The position numbers and the translations under genes are program-made. From NCBI GenBank assembly GCA_965226555.1, contig CBDDDG010000024.1, positions 1 to 55,628 on the forward strand: DNA of 55,628 nucleotides, written 5' to 3'. Below are positions 9,808 to 19,879 of the stretch, piece by piece. Under the pieces are notes generated by a model. That model saw only the letters and a list, made by a program, of their open reading frames with translations, was not told the origin of the DNA and did not search any database. This DNA is from Salinispira sp. (GTDB lineage Bacteria > Spirochaetota > Spirochaetia > DSM-27196 > Salinispiraceae). The number at the start of each line of letters is the position of its first letter. The first letter of the stretch is position 1.

Positions 9808-10983
9808 ATGCAGGACACAACGAATCAGGAATTCACATTTACGGTGGAAAATCTGGGCGTCATACGGGAAGGGGAGTTTACGCAAAAACCCCTTACCATT
9901 TTTTGCGGACCGAATAACAGCGGCAAAACCTGGGCTATGTACTCGCTTTATCAATTCTATCTCAATGTTCAGGCTGCAAAGGAAGAACTCAGGGAGATAA
10001 AAGAACATTCTCCGGACCAAAAATTAATGATCCTGAAAAAATTTAATTCCACTTTATCAGAAAAACTGGTTACGGCATTTAATGCCGAACCGAACGATAT
10101 GAAAAACGCTAAGTTTCATCTGACTATTACAGAAACTTCTTTTGATCATCTGTTGGAAGCGGCAGATTACCAGACCTTTCTCATGCCTGCGGAGCGAAGC
10201 GGATTGCATTTGTTCTTTCGGGAATTACGTAACAGACGCACAGCCCTGTTGCATCATGCATCCAAAAAGAATATTGATATCTCCGAATTATTGCGGGATG
10301 TCATGCGCTCGCGTTACGCCGTTCCTATTGCAGACTACATTGACTGGCTGAACAATATGGATGCACTGCAAAAGAAAACTTCGGATCTGAACTTCCACAA
10401 TTTTTCAAAATACATACAAACCAGTTTATTGGGCGGCGCATATACAGTAGATAAAAAAACCGGTGACATAACATTTAAACCCTATAAGAAACGTAACGGG
10501 GCCAATACTCAATTTATGAGTTTACACCTTACCTCCAGCACTGTGAAGAGTTTATTCAGCCTATGGTTTTATATAAAGCATCAGGCAAAAGCAGGCGATG
10601 TTCTCATGATCGATGAACCCGAATTGAATTTACACCCGAAAAATCAAAGAAAAATAGCCCGCCTGCTGGCCCAATTAGTTAATGCCGGTTTAAAGGTGGT
10701 TATCAGTACCCACAGCGATTATATTATTCGGGAGTTTAACTCACTCATTATGCTGAGCAGAGATACAGAAGGTGAATTATTGAAAAAACATACATATGAG
10801 GAGAATGAAGTATTGAAGCCGAAACAGGTCGGCGCATGGTTGTTTGATGAACAAACCATAAAGCCTTTTGAGATATCGCCCGATGACGGCATGTATGCGA
10901 CTACCTTTGACCGGGAAATAGAAGCGATGAATACGGTCAATAATGATATTTATTACACGTTAAAGGAAATGGAGGATGTCTGA
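9808..10983 (+). CDS. AAA_15/AAA_21-type (ABC-like) ATPase, probable defence component
   Basis: Walker A GPNNSGKT, PAERSG, Walker B IDEPELNLHP, switch STHSDY. GAGGAG SD before ATG 9808. Confidence 0.85.
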   Translation: MQDTTNQEFTFTVENLGVIREGEFTQKPLTIFCGPNNSGKTWAMYSLYQFYLNVQAAKEELREIKEHSPDQKLMILKKFNSTLSEKLVTAFNAEPNDMKNAKFHLTITETSFDHLLEAADYQTFLMPAERSGLHLFFRELRNRRTALLHHASKKNIDISELLRDVMRSRYAVPIADYIDWLNNMDALQKKTSDLNFHNFSKYIQTSLLGGAYTVDKKTGDITFKPYKKRNGANTQFMSLHLTSSTVKSLFSLWFYIKHQAKAGDVLMIDEPELNLHPKNQRKIARLLAQLVNAGLKVVISTHSDYIIREFNSLIMLSRDTEGELLKKHTYEENEVLKPKQVGAWLFDEQTIKPFEISPDDGMYATTFDREIEAMNTVNNDIYYTLKEMEDV

Positions 10984-11563
10984 TCTTAATCTTAGTATAG
11001 GAGAATTGTTCACTGAAACCATTAAAAAAGACTATTGTCTGAAAAGAGAAGGGAAAGATTGGATATGTGAGAATGGTAAACCAATAAAATTACGATCTCC
11101 CAATAATAAATCGTGCGGATTTAGTTTGGATAATTCAACGAAACATCCTTTTAATTTTGTTAGTTCCTCACTGCCACATGGTATTGCTAAAATGTGTGAC
11201 GCAATTATTGTTCTGTCGAATAAGGATGAAGACTATATTTTCATTATAGAAAAAAAGACAGGCAATAAGAATGAATATAAGTTACAGTTAATTAATGGCA
11301 AAATTTTTTGTGATTGGATTATCACCTTGTTTGAGCAGCATGGTCATTATAATCGACAAGAACAAAGAAAAAGAAACTACATTGCTCTGTTAGTTTGGGA
11401 ACCGCGAAAAAGTGTCGACAAAGATCAGACAACACACGGAAAAGGTCAGACAACACACGGAAAAGAAGATAAAATGCCAGAAATTTTGAGAAACCACTTT
11501 GATAGATTTAAAGACATACAAAACGAGCAACAGATTTCTTTGTTGGATTATTTAAACACATAG
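10976..11563 (+). CDS. Hypothetical protein, possible PD-(D/E)XK-fold nuclease partner of the ATPase
   Basis: Overlaps ATPase stop, with GGAGG SD. CDAIIVL...IFIIEKK...Q resembles a D...ExK nuclease core. 21-bp tandem duplication near 11420-11465. Confidence 0.6.
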   Translation: MSDLNLSIGELFTETIKKDYCLKREGKDWICENGKPIKLRSPNNKSCGFSLDNSTKHPFNFVSSSLPHGIAKMCDAIIVLSNKDEDYIFIIEKKTGNKNEYKLQLINGKIFCDWIITLFEQHGHYNRQEQRKRNYIALLVWEPRKSVDKDQTTHGKGQTTHGKEDKMPEILRNHFDRFKDIQNEQQISLLDYLNT

Positions 11564-12938
11564 AAATTATCACCATCCACATACTTCACAAACCCCGCCC
11601 GCCCTGCTATGCTTGAAAACATCGGCAGTATTGGCGAGAAAACCCATTGCCTTCGGGTAAGAATGAAAGAACAATGAAAGAAAAGAAGCTTATAGAGCAA
11701 ATATTACAGCAGGATGACAGGATCTGGAATGAGGACAAAACAGTACTCAACCACATACTGCTTTTTGAGTTGCTGGAGCATACCGATGAAAAAATAATTG
11801 AGCTCCTCTTCAATGAGGCAGCCCTGCGGGAAAAGTTTTTTGTCAAAATTACGGGCGCGTATGTTTTCAAAACGAACGATTTTCGTTTCTTCATGGAAGA
11901 AAACAAAATTGATAATTCCTATACCGCCTACAAAAACCGCATCGGCCTAAGCGATGGCAAACGATTCTTGAAAGACACCAACGATGTCGTACTGGATTTT
12001 CCCTACAAAGACTGCATATTAGAAGGCGGACAGAGTACCGAAGAAGGGGAAGATACCTATTTTGAATACTCTGAAAAGACCGGGAAGTATGAGAATAAAA
12101 CGGCCAAACGAAAAGAAATATTTTTCAACTCAGTTTTAGCGCACGATGAAATAGACAGATTGCTTGACCACAAGGCACTGGTAAACTGGAAGCGGTATAC
12201 CAAAGAGGGCGAGCAGGAAGTAAAAGAAATTACGAGAGATGAATATGGAACAATCAGAGAAAATCTCATTATCAAAGGGAACAACCTGCTTGCGCTCCAT
12301 AGCCTGAAAAAGCAGTATGCGGGAAAGATTAAACTTATTTACATTGATCCGCCGTATAATCCGCCAAGTAATAATAATAGTTTTTTATACAATAATAATT
12401 TTAATCATTCTACGTGGCTGGTTTTCATGAAGAATCGACTGGAGGTTGCAAAAGCATTACTCAAAGATGATGGAGTAATACAAATAGCAATAGATGAAAA
12501 TGAACAACCGTATTTAGGTGTATTGATAGATAATATTTTTTCTAAAGAATATGAAAAACACTGCATAACAATAGAGCATAATCCTAGGGGAGTTATAGGA
12601 AAAAATTTTTACTATACAAATGAGTTTGTTTATTTTGTCTTCCGAAGAGGGTTAAAGGTAATCAATAAAATAAAAAGAGACAAACCGCTAAAAAGAGAAT
12701 TTAGAAATAATGGCGGGGAATCTCTTAGAACAGATGCTAAAAACTGTTTTTATCCTATACTAGTTAAAAATAATAAGATTATTGGATTTGGTAATGTTTC
12801 ACCAAAACACTTTCATCCTTTTTCAAAGAATGTAATACGTGAAGATGGAATAATAGAAGTGTATCCGCTTGATATTAATAATATTGAAAGAAAATGGGAA
12901 TTTGCCAGTGATCTTGCTTCGAAAATTCGGACAATCCG

Positions 12939-13823
12939 CTAAGCAACACAACAGGATTCTCCTGCTGTTTTCAAAGCATAATTCATCGGACTCATATAGT
13001 CAAGAGAAGAATGAAGCCTCTCTCGGTTATACCAGTTGATGTATTCAAAAACTATCTTCCGCGCCTCCTGAAGGTTCTGAAACCTCGGCTTACCAAGCTC
13101 ATTCTTCAGCGTGTGGAAAAAACTTTCCACAAAGGCATTATCGTAGCAATTCCCCCTTCTCGACATCGACTGGGTAATATGTAACATTTCCAGTTTGTCT
13201 CGAATGCTCTGCGCGCAATACTGCGTTCCCTGATCTGAATGAAAGACCAAGCTATTCAACTCCCCGGGAGTTCTCCGTACGGCCTGTAACAGAGCCTTTT
13301 CCGTCTGTGTGCTCTCCATGGAATCACTGACATTCCAGCCCGTAATTTCCCGGGTATAGATGTCCAGAACCACAACAAGGTACGCAAATCCTGCGCCGGC
13401 GGGCAGGTACGTGAGGTCCGATGCCCAGACCTCATTCGCTTTCGTAACCGTGGAGCTTTCAATGCGAAACACCCGCGGAGACTTCTTCTGGGATGGATTG
13501 CTCATTGTTGTTCGCGGGCGATATGCCTTCGTTCTCCCCGCATTGAGCCCCGATTCCCTCATAAGCCGGGCGACTCGGTTCCTCCCGATTGCTTCACCAT
13601 GAAGATGCAGCAGCCGGTGAATTCGGGGCGAACCGTAGCATCCCTTATTTTCAGTATACACACACAGGATTTTACCCGTAAGCTCATCATCCCTGCGGGT
13701 GTTTTTGGACGGTTCTCTCTTAAGCCAGTCATAGAATCCCGAGCTGGACACCTTCAGAAGTTTGCAGCATGGTGCAACAGCATGTCCGGTCTGCTTCAGC
13801 TGCTCAATTCCTCGATACTTCAT
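12939..13823 (-). CDS. IS3 transposase OrfB (DDE integrase core)
   Basis: YGSPR, WASDLTY, HSDQGTQY, SRRGNCYDNAFVESFF.TLKNE, WYNRERLHSSL. Confidence 0.95.
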   Translation of the reverse strand: MKYRGIEQLKQTGHAVAPCCKLLKVSSSGFYDWLKREPSKNTRRDDELTGKILCVYTENKGCYGSPRIHRLLHLHGEAIGRNRVARLMRESGLNAGRTKAYRPRTTMSNPSQKKSPRVFRIESSTVTKANEVWASDLTYLPAGAGFAYLVVVLDIYTREITGWNVSDSMESTQTEKALLQAVRRTPGELNSLVFHSDQGTQYCAQSIRDKLEMLHITQSMSRRGNCYDNAFVESFFHTLKNELGKPRFQNLQEARKIVFEYINWYNRERLHSSLDYMSPMNYALKTAGESCCVA

Positions 13824-14110
13824 TTCAGGCTCTCCTTTCTGCAAAAAAAAACCATTGCATCATTGAGTATTGCCACCGCCTTTTTCTCGGCGCGCAGTTC
13901 CTTTCTCAATCGTTTGTTCTCGGCCAGGGCTTCCTGAAGTTCCCGAAACTCGGGACCTTTCTGGTCGTTCCGAACCCATTTCGCGAGGGTATGATAACTT
14001 GCTATACCCAGCTTTTCCGTCGCCTGCTTCGTGCCAATTTCTTTGGCAAGCTCCACAGCCTGTTCCTTAAAATCCTCAGCATAGAATTTTCTGACTTTCC
14101 GTGTTTCCAT
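13820..14110 (-). CDS. IS3 transposase OrfA (HTH)
   Basis: RKFYAEDFKEQAVEL..., leucine-zipper-like ENKRLRKEL. ATGA overlap with OrfB and a T9 slippery run. Confidence 0.93.
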   Translation of the reverse strand: METRKVRKFYAEDFKEQAVELAKEIGTKQATEKLGIASYHTLAKWVRNDQKGPEFRELQEALAENKRLRKELRAEKKAVAILNDAMVFFCRKESLK

Positions 14111-14935
14111 AACACTCTCCTCTCCCTATAGTATCGTGCTTAGAAGAGTGTCCGTTAAATCGAAGCAAGATCACCAGACAATCAGTGGAAAAAATTGAAG
14201 ATAAATTATGTGTGAACGCAAAAAACAATGGTGAAATTGATATTCTTAGAATAAAGGATGATAAAGCTCCCAGAACTGTTTGGTATGGAACAAGATATGA
14301 TGCTAATGCTTACGGTTCCAAATTAGTTAACAAAATGACAGACGGCAAAAAGTTTAGTTTTCCTAAATCACTATATACAATTTACGACTGTCTTTATTCA
14401 GTTGTTGCTAATGATAAAAACGCAATAATTTTAGATTATCACGCGGGTTCGGGCACATCAGCTCATGCAGTATTTGAACTAAATAAAGAAGACGGTGGAA
14501 ATAGAAAATTTATTATGGTTGAGCAGATGGATTATACTCATACTGTTACGTGTCCAAGAGTGCAAAAGGTATTAGAGAAAGAAAAAATTGACGATTCTTT
14601 CATCTACTTTGAACTTGCCAAATGGAATGAAATAGCCAAAGAAAAAATTCTTGCTTGTGAAACTTTGGAAGACTTGGAAAACTTTTTTGCTGAAATGTGC
14701 GAGACATATTTTCTCAACTACAATTTCAAAATCAGGGAATTCAAAGATACGGTTTTGAAGGAAGAAAATTTTAGAAATTTGCCTCTGAACGAACAAAAGA
14801 GACTGTTTATTACCATGTTGGATAACAATGAAATGTATGTCAATAAAACAGAAATGGCAGATACGAAATATAACCTACATGAGAATGACCAAGAGTTAAC
14901 ACAGGCATTTTATGATTCAAGCGAAAAAATGAACC

Positions 14936-15622
14936 ATGGAAAATAGAGAATATAGACCACCAGAATTTCAGCAGGGGAGTTTTAATTGCCCGCACTGTAA
15001 TGTTGTATCACAACAGGTTTGGAGGATGCTTGGTTTTAGAGAAAATAATGAAGATTATCATTATTTGCAAGAACCAGAAAACTACTACTTCTGGGCATCT
15101 ATATGCACAAATTGTAGAAGAATCTCCATTTGGAGAGGTAAGGGTGAAAGTTATAAAATGATTTATCCGTTGGTTTCCAGCGCTCCTTTGCCGAATAAGG
15201 ATATGCCTCCGAAAGTTGAGGAAATTTACAGGGAAGCGAGAGATGTTGCCGCACTATCGACCAGAGCCGCTGCTGCTCTCTTGAGGGTGGCATTAGAAAA
15301 ATTAACTGAATATTTGGGAGAAACAGAAGGCAATCTCAATACCAGAATACAAAACCTGAAAAAACAGGGACTCCCTGAAAGAGTTATTCAAAGCTTGGAT
15401 ATCGTAAGAATATATGCCAATGAAGGCGGGGCTCATGCGGGGCACATCGATTTAGACAACAATGACAATAGCGATATTGCAAATACATTGTTCTTTCTCG
15501 TGAATTTTATAGTGGAAAAAACAATTACAGATGACAAAGTAATTAATGGACTGCGCCAAGGCTTGCCCGCTGGCAAAAAGAAGGGCATAGAAAACAGAGA
15601 CAAACAAGAGCGCGGTAACTAA
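14936..15622 (+). CDS. DUF4145 (HEPN-like) protein with N-terminal zinc ribbon
   Basis: CPHC...CTNC, then P...MP..V..IY.EA......RAAAALLR.ALEKL and R-x3-N-x4-H (RIYANEGGAH). Confidence 0.8.
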   Translation: MENREYRPPEFQQGSFNCPHCNVVSQQVWRMLGFRENNEDYHYLQEPENYYFWASICTNCRRISIWRGKGESYKMIYPLVSSAPLPNKDMPPKVEEIYREARDVAALSTRAAAALLRVALEKLTEYLGETEGNLNTRIQNLKKQGLPERVIQSLDIVRIYANEGGAHAGHIDLDNNDNSDIANTLFFLVNFIVEKTITDDKVINGLRQGLPAGKKKGIENRDKQERGN

Positions 15623-15624
15623 CC

Positions 15625-18375
15625 ATGCCCGAAGAATACAAAATTGAAGATTTGCCGGTAATTAATGTTAAGGAACAGGCATTTGATTATGGCATTCTGA
15701 AGCAAAATATCCCTTCATGTATTACCAATAACCTCAGGTATGATCTTTTTGACTGGCAGAAAGAAGCGCTGGGAAAATTAATACTTTTTCAGGCAGTTGA
15801 AAAAATAAAGAATTCCAAGGAACCCACCCACCTCATGTTCAACATGGCAACAGGAACAGGAAAAACACTTCTCATGGCCGCTGCCATTCTCTATTACTAC
15901 ACACAGGGGTACCGGCATTTTCTGTTCTTTGTGAACCGGAACAACATTGTCGATAAAACAGAAAACAATTTTATTGACAGCGCTCACAGTAAGTATCTTT
16001 TTACTGAAAAAATTGTTATTGATGACATGACTGTAAACATCAAAAAAACAGATACTTTTTCCGACAATCCACAGGGAATAGAAATAAAATTCACGTCAAT
16101 TCAGAAACTCTATAACGACATTCATCTGCAAAGAGAAAACCAGACAACTCTGGATGATCTGCACGGGAAGAACATTGTGATGCTTGCCGATGAGGCGCAT
16201 CATCTGAATGCCGACACGAAGAACAAGAACAATCAACAGGAATTCACCATGCCAACGAAAATAACAGCGGGCGCAAAGAAGGCAGAAATTGAAAGAAGGG
16301 GCTGGGAGCATACGGTTATAGATGTAATTCTGAAGAAGAATAACACCCGAGCGCATAATGAAAACGTACTTTTGGAATTTACCGCAACAATTCCGGCAAC
16401 AAGCGCCATTGTCAAAAAGTACGACGGTAAAATTATGTATACGTTTGGGCTGAAGAAATTTTTGCAGGCAGGGTATACAAAGGAAATTAACCTCATTTCT
16501 TCCACGCTTGCGAAGAAGGAAAGAATTCTTCAGGCACTGCTTTTTCAGTGGTACCGGCACAAAATGGCAGTAAAATACGGCATTGCCAACTTTAAACCCG
16601 TAATACTTTTCAGGAGTAAAACCATTGAAGAGTCAAAGGCAGATTATGCGGAATTTTTACTGTGGGTAGACAGAATAGGGGGAAACGATCTCACTTTTCT
16701 CAGAACCATTTCAGAAAAAATTTTTGAAAACAAAACCCCGGAACTTTTTGAAACAGGAAAATCGAGAACCGAACGGGTTTTAGCGTTTATTGAAACTGAA
16801 GGTATGAGTTTTGGAGAAATAGCGCATTGGATTAAGCACAATTATCAGGAACGAAATGTCATTATTACCAATTCTGCGACAAACAAAACAAAATCCGAAA
16901 AAACAACCGCAGAAACCGAACAACTGCTTAACAGCTTGGAAGACAGAAACAACAACATCAGAGCCATTTTTACTGTTGACCGATTAACCGAAGGGTGGGA
17001 TGTGCTGAACCTTTTTGACATTGTCAGGCTGTATCAGGGGCAGAATACCGGAGGGGGCCGCAAAAGCACTCCTCAGGCAACCATTAGGGAAAAACAGCTT
17101 ATTGGGCGGGGGGTGAGGTATTTTCCCTTTGCTTACGGGGATAAATTGAAAAATAAAAGAAAATTCGATGATAACATTGGGCATGAACTCAGGGTGTTAG
17201 AGGAGTTGTATTATTATACCTATGATGAGGAATCACGATACATTTCTCATCTCAAAGCGGAATTGAGAAAAGACGGATATATCAGAGATGATAAAATTAT
17301 GAAGACCTTTTCACTGAAACCAGATTTCACGAAGGGAAATTTTTATAATGAGGCCAAGCTCTGGGGCAACAGACAGGTTGAAAATCCACACAGAAGAAAG
17401 AAAACCCTGGACCATATTGAAAAACGTTCCTTTGAATACCGGGTCGCGGAATTTGAATTATCAGAACAGAAAGCGATCCCCGGCAACTATGACGTGTCAC
17501 CCGGGCTCACGCTGCAGAAGAGTGAATGGCGTACACATAAAAAATTCTTCGAGGAGATGGAAAAGCATATTTTTCTGAAAGCTGTCAATGTTAAGGCGAA
17601 ACAGGCACATTCCCTGCTCCAGTTTGAAAAACTGAAAGAAGAATTGGAAATTACCAGCATTGATGAATTGCAGACAGACAAACTTGCCGGGTTTCGTATA
17701 CAATTCATGGTCAGTAAGAAGACGGGCTACAACGATATCAGCAATAGCGATAAGCTTGCTGCGATTATGAAGGTCTTAGATTACATTGTTACAGAATTAA
17801 AAAATGACATTGTTCCGAAAATTGGAAGTAATTTTACCGCAGAAGATTTTAAAAAACGCTTTTCAGAGCCCAAAACAAAAATTATTTCAGAAGACAAAGA
17901 TTCAGAAAGGCTTTCCGAAATACTTACCGGTGAGAACTGGTATATTCTTGACTCCTTTCATGGAACTCTTGAGGAAAAGAAACTTGTCGAATTTGTCAGG
18001 GATACCATTGGAAACCTGAGGGACACATACGGAGAAATTTACCTTTTGAGAAACGAAGATGTTTACAAGATATACGACTTTGAAAAAGGCAGAGGTTTTC
18101 AGCCTGACTTTATTTTGTTTCTGAAGACAGAAAAACTGTACTATCAGGTGCTTATTGAATCGAAGGGAAACCAGTTTATGGGCGATAATGGAACCTTTAA
18201 AGCCGGTAAGGAAGGGTGGAAAGAACGGTTCTTAGACGAAATATCTGAAAAATATGGTCCTGAAAAAATTATCAGAGCAGAAAATCAGAATTATCGATTA
18301 ATTGGATTACCATTTTTCAATAAGGATCATAATAGGGGTTTTCAGGAAAAATGGAACGGGTATATTTTCCCGTGA
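15625..18375 (+). CDS. res: Type III R-M restriction subunit (SF2 helicase + PD-(D/E)XK nuclease)
   Basis: MATGTGKT, DEAHH, EFTAT, LTEGWDVLN, QLIGRGVR, FQPDF...IESKG. Confidence 0.93.
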   Translation: MPEEYKIEDLPVINVKEQAFDYGILKQNIPSCITNNLRYDLFDWQKEALGKLILFQAVEKIKNSKEPTHLMFNMATGTGKTLLMAAAILYYYTQGYRHFLFFVNRNNIVDKTENNFIDSAHSKYLFTEKIVIDDMTVNIKKTDTFSDNPQGIEIKFTSIQKLYNDIHLQRENQTTLDDLHGKNIVMLADEAHHLNADTKNKNNQQEFTMPTKITAGAKKAEIERRGWEHTVIDVILKKNNTRAHNENVLLEFTATIPATSAIVKKYDGKIMYTFGLKKFLQAGYTKEINLISSTLAKKERILQALLFQWYRHKMAVKYGIANFKPVILFRSKTIEESKADYAEFLLWVDRIGGNDLTFLRTISEKIFENKTPELFETGKSRTERVLAFIETEGMSFGEIAHWIKHNYQERNVIITNSATNKTKSEKTTAETEQLLNSLEDRNNNIRAIFTVDRLTEGWDVLNLFDIVRLYQGQNTGGGRKSTPQATIREKQLIGRGVRYFPFAYGDKLKNKRKFDDNIGHELRVLEELYYYTYDEESRYISHLKAELRKDGYIRDDKIMKTFSLKPDFTKGNFYNEAKLWGNRQVENPHRRKKTLDHIEKRSFEYRVAEFELSEQKAIPGNYDVSPGLTLQKSEWRTHKKFFEEMEKHIFLKAVNVKAKQAHSLLQFEKLKEELEITSIDELQTDKLAGFRIQFMVSKKTGYNDISNSDKLAAIMKVLDYIVTELKNDIVPKIGSNFTAEDFKKRFSEPKTKIISEDKDSERLSEILTGENWYILDSFHGTLEEKKLVEFVRDTIGNLRDTYGEIYLLRNEDVYKIYDFEKGRGFQPDFILFLKTEKLYYQVLIESKGNQFMGDNGTFKAGKEGWKERFLDEISEKYGPEKIIRAENQNYRLIGLPFFNKDHNRGFQEKWNGYIFP

Positions 18376-18381
18376 CGGTGG

Positions 18382-19878
18382 ATGGTGAAAATGAGTAAAC
18401 TTGAATTAGATACTGATGAAAAATCGTTGCGGGAAGTGTTGAGTAACGGGAAAAGGTACTGCGTTCCCCGGTTCCAGCGGGACTACTCATGGGAGAGGGA
18501 GCAGTGGGAATATCTGTGGGATGATATTATGATGCTGACAGGCGGGGAAGAAAAATATCATTACATGGGGTATCTGGTTATTCAGCCCGATGATAAACAG
18601 CCATCAAAGATCATAGATGGGCAGCAGCGCCTTGCCACCTTTTCGTTCATAGTACTTGCCGCAATAAAACGCCTGCGGGAAATGGGAGGTGAGAACGAAA
18701 GAATTGAAGAATTGCTGAAAAATTTCATCGGCACAAAGGATTTGGAAAATCTACGGGTCGAAAATAAACTCAAATTAAACCGAAACAACGATTATTATTA
18801 CCGGCAGGTAGTCGAAGGTAAACAGTTGTTCTCACGGGGACAGAAAAAAACCATTCAACTCATGCAGAGAGCAATAGATTATTTCCATGAAAAATTTAAA
18901 GCAATACCTGCAGGACAGGAAATTGGAAAACTACTCCAACACATGAGTGAGAACATATTTTTTACCACTATTTATATTGGGAGCGACTTACATGCCTATA
19001 AGGTCTTTGAAACACTCAATGCCAGAGGCGTTCAGCTTTCTGCAGGCGATGTATTAAAGAACTATATTTTTTCACGTATTGATGATGGCGGCGGTACCCC
19101 CAATGAGGTTCTGGATGAGTTAGATGAGCAATGGGGAACCATAGGCAGCACCATCGGCAATCAGGATTATACTCATTATGTCCTCACCGAATGGAACAGC
19201 AGAAACAAACTGTTGCGCAAAGGAAGCCTTTTTAAAGAAATAAGCGGGACAGTTCATGATAAAAAATCAGCAAAACAATATTTTGATAATCTGGAAGCCC
19301 GGAGTAATTATTATGCGGCCCTGCTGAACCCTGACGATGAATTCTGGAAGGACAATCCGCATTACAAGGATATACAGAAAAATCTGCGGTTTCTGAAACT
19401 TTTTAGTATCCGCCAGCCCCTGAGTTTCCTCATGGCCGGCTACATTAACATGAAGCCTCATTTTCCCACAATTCTGAACTGGATAAAAATTTTTTCCCTT
19501 CGGTACAATGTCGTTTGTGGAAAATATACTGGCAATCAGGAAAGTCTTTATAACCGCCTCTGTCTGGCCATTAAGGAAAACTGTTCCATTCATGAAATCA
19601 AAGAAGAACTGCTGACCCTGTATCCGGGCGATGACGAATTTACGCAGGCCTTTACGGATAAGGTCATGCCGACAGAGCGGTCGAACCGCAAAGCGCGCTA
19701 TATAATAGCGTGCATGGAAGAAACCATGAGCAATTCGGGAGGGCTCCCGATTGATGACAGCACCCTGACGGTTGAGCACATTCTGCCGCTTAGGCCTAGT
19801 GATGAGTGGGACTCTGAGGCAATAATATCGCGGCAGAGACGAATGGCAGAAATCGCTGTAAATACCTGGAAGATATAG
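18382..19878 (+). CDS. DUF262-DUF1524 (GmrSD/SspE-like) protein, C-terminal HNH domain apparently internally deleted
   Basis: VPRFQRDYSW, IIDGQQR, FETLNARG. VEHILP is followed almost directly by the terminal W...I..R helix, with no GNL..N segment. Confidence 0.85.
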   Translation: MVKMSKLELDTDEKSLREVLSNGKRYCVPRFQRDYSWEREQWEYLWDDIMMLTGGEEKYHYMGYLVIQPDDKQPSKIIDGQQRLATFSFIVLAAIKRLREMGGENERIEELLKNFIGTKDLENLRVENKLKLNRNNDYYYRQVVEGKQLFSRGQKKTIQLMQRAIDYFHEKFKAIPAGQEIGKLLQHMSENIFFTTIYIGSDLHAYKVFETLNARGVQLSAGDVLKNYIFSRIDDGGGTPNEVLDELDEQWGTIGSTIGNQDYTHYVLTEWNSRNKLLRKGSLFKEISGTVHDKKSAKQYFDNLEARSNYYAALLNPDDEFWKDNPHYKDIQKNLRFLKLFSIRQPLSFLMAGYINMKPHFPTILNWIKIFSLRYNVVCGKYTGNQESLYNRLCLAIKENCSIHEIKEELLTLYPGDDEFTQAFTDKVMPTERSNRKARYIIACMEETMSNSGGLPIDDSTLTVEHILPLRPSDEWDSEAIISRQRRMAEIAVNTWKI

Positions 19879-19879
19879 A

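Larger units (their letters stand above)
12909..14173 (-). mobile_element. IS3-family insertion sequence, copy 1 (1265 bp, 4-bp target duplication CCAG)
   Basis: TG...CA ends with inverted repeats TGATCTTGCTTCGA(AAATT/TTTAA)CGGACA. CCAG at 12905-12908 and 14174-14177. Confidence 0.96.
11674..14946 (+). pseudogene. mod: Type III R-M methyltransferase (Mod) interrupted by IS3
   Basis: 5' part has NLIIKGNNL and IYIDPPYN; 3' part has FSFPKS and LDYHAGSGT. Removing the IS and one CCAG restores the frame ...KWEFARQSVEKIE. Confidence 0.92.
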
